A DNA stretch of 64,000 bases from Owenia fusiformis (taxonomy: Eukaryota): contig CAIIXF020000001.1 in assembly GCA_903813345.2 (NCBI GenBank), forward strand, positions 35,278,001 through 35,342,000, given 5' to 3'. Of the stretch, positions 62,345-64,000 are shown in pieces; position 1 is the stretch's first letter; each line of letters opens with the position of its first letter. Position numbers and translations under genes: made by a program. The notes under the pieces are model-generated. The model was not told the origin of the DNA. It saw only the letters and a list, made by a program, of their open reading frames with translations, and did no database searches.

Positions 62345-64000
62345 ATTTATATCTAGGCCAAAGGTCAAGAACTAGGTCAAATCCAGTACTTTGTCATTTT
62401 TTTCAATTTTCTAGGTCATCTTTCAATATTTTCGCTCCGTTTTTTTTCATTATGTTCCTTGAAAAAAAAGCTAATTCCGAGAGGCAAATCGTTTTTTTGA
62501 TTACTCTTACTGTTTTTGAGATATGACGTCCAAAAAGTAGGCCACGGTATAAAATTCTCAGAAATCAACATATGAGTTTTGAAATAGGTGTAGAATTTCC
62601 CCAGGAATCCGAATCTGCAAACCCAATTTCGATTCGACTTCCGGTTCGAAAGTTATGCCATTTTGAAATTTCGAGAAAAATCGATCTGATGATAGCCTTA
62701 TAGAAAGTCAAAGGAAGTGAAGAAAATATTGAAAAAATACCAGTCCAGTCCATTTCCAGGTCCAAGTCCAGGTCCAGGTCTAATTAAGTTTAATCTAGGT
62801 CAAAGGTCAAGAACTAGGTCAAATCCAGTACTTTGTCATTTGTTTTCAATTTTCTCAGTCGTCCTACAATATTTTTGCTCTGAGTTTTTTCAGTCATGTT
62901 CTTTGGAAAAAAGCTAATCCCTTCATGCAAATTGTTTGTGATTACACTTACCATTTTTGAGATATGGTATCCGAAAAGTAGGTCACACTAAAAAGTTCTC
63001 GGAATTCAACGTATGAGCTATGAAATAGGTGTAGAATTTCCGAAGGAATCCGAATCTGCAAACTAAATTTTGATCCGACTTCCGGTACGGAAGTTATGGT
63101 ATGTTAAAATCTCAAAAATCGCTATTTTGGTATCCCATGTTAAGTCAGTGGGGCTTGAGAAAATTATTAATTGTAACAACACTAGATACAGCTTGGATGT
63201 AGCCAACTTAATAAAAGCCTACAATAGAAGCCGTCCTCAAAATCTACTTTCCTTCAAAATTTGGACTCTAAAAGGCCTATGTCAAAATCTAGGTCAAATT
63301 CATAGTTTTTCCTAATTTGTACTGGCACTACACTTTAATAGAATTCTTCGAAATTTAGTATTCAGTTAGCAAACAGTATGCTAATAGTGTTAGCCTTTTG
63401 CCGTCAGGGAATATTTTGACCCACTTTTGAGATATCGTATACGGAAAATAGGTCAAAAAAAATTCTCCACATTTAACATATGAATTATGAAGTAAGGGTA
63501 GAATTTTCTCAGAAATCAGAATCTGCAAACCAAATAGCAATCCGGTTCGGGAGTTATGGCATTTTGAAATCGCAAAAAATCAATATGATGATATCCTCAT
63601 GTTAAGTCAATGGTGCCAGTTTGAATTGAAAAATACCAGCTTCTTGCTCAGCTACCTACTCCACAGCCAACTTAATGAAAGCCTTCAATAGAATCGGACC
63701 TCAAAATATACTTTTCTTCAAAATTTGAACACTAAAAGGCCTTCGTCAAAATCTAGGTCAAATTCATAGTTTTTCCTTATTTTTAGGATTCTTGCAATGC
63801 ATTTTAATAATATTCTTCGAAATTTGCTATACAAAGAGTATGTTTAAAGGGTTAGCCTTTTGCCGTCAGAGAGTATTTTGAACTGATTTTGAGATATTGT
63901 ATCAGGAAAGTAGGTCAAAACAAAAAGTTCTCCAAATATAACGTGTGAGTTATGAAATAAGGGTAGAAATTTCTCAGGAATCCGAATCTGGAAACCAAAT
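62345..64000. repeat. Diverged tandem array with ~440-490-bp unit, runs off the window
   Basis: ATCTAGGYCAAA at about 62351, 62793, 63287 and 63751; GTAGAA.TT...GAATCTG at about 62590, 63031, 63498 and 63963. Confidence 0.85.

Overview
AT-rich animal genomic DNA with GT-AG introns, probably from a lophotrochozoan marine invertebrate (inferred from gene and repeat content). Four host genes can be reconstructed by eye. (1) HMG-CoA lyase (HMGCL) on the minus strand: 7 exons mapped between 10994 and 79, first exon unresolved, 3' end outside the window. (2) A two-exon gene (18834-20368, +) for a 424-aa secreted protein with four 59-aa 8-Cys repeats followed by about 11 copies of an acidic amphipathic 15-aa repeat. 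I do not recognise this architecture and it is the best novelty candidate. (3) An intronless FMRFamide/sex-peptide-receptor-like class A GPCR (36414-37658, +) with a TATA box and a 5'UTR intron. (4) A secreted ZP-N-like gene on the minus strand (55141-53145) whose apparent fourth exon is disabled. The rest is dense with mobile DNA: Helentron/pearl-type elements carrying 135-bp arrays, a 41-bp satellite broken by three insertions, Penelope-like and LINE remnants, a decayed mariner, many MITEs with readable TSDs, and several CAC-terminated foldback families that share one terminal layout. All TE superfamily names are inferred from termini, TSD length and motifs; no database search was run.
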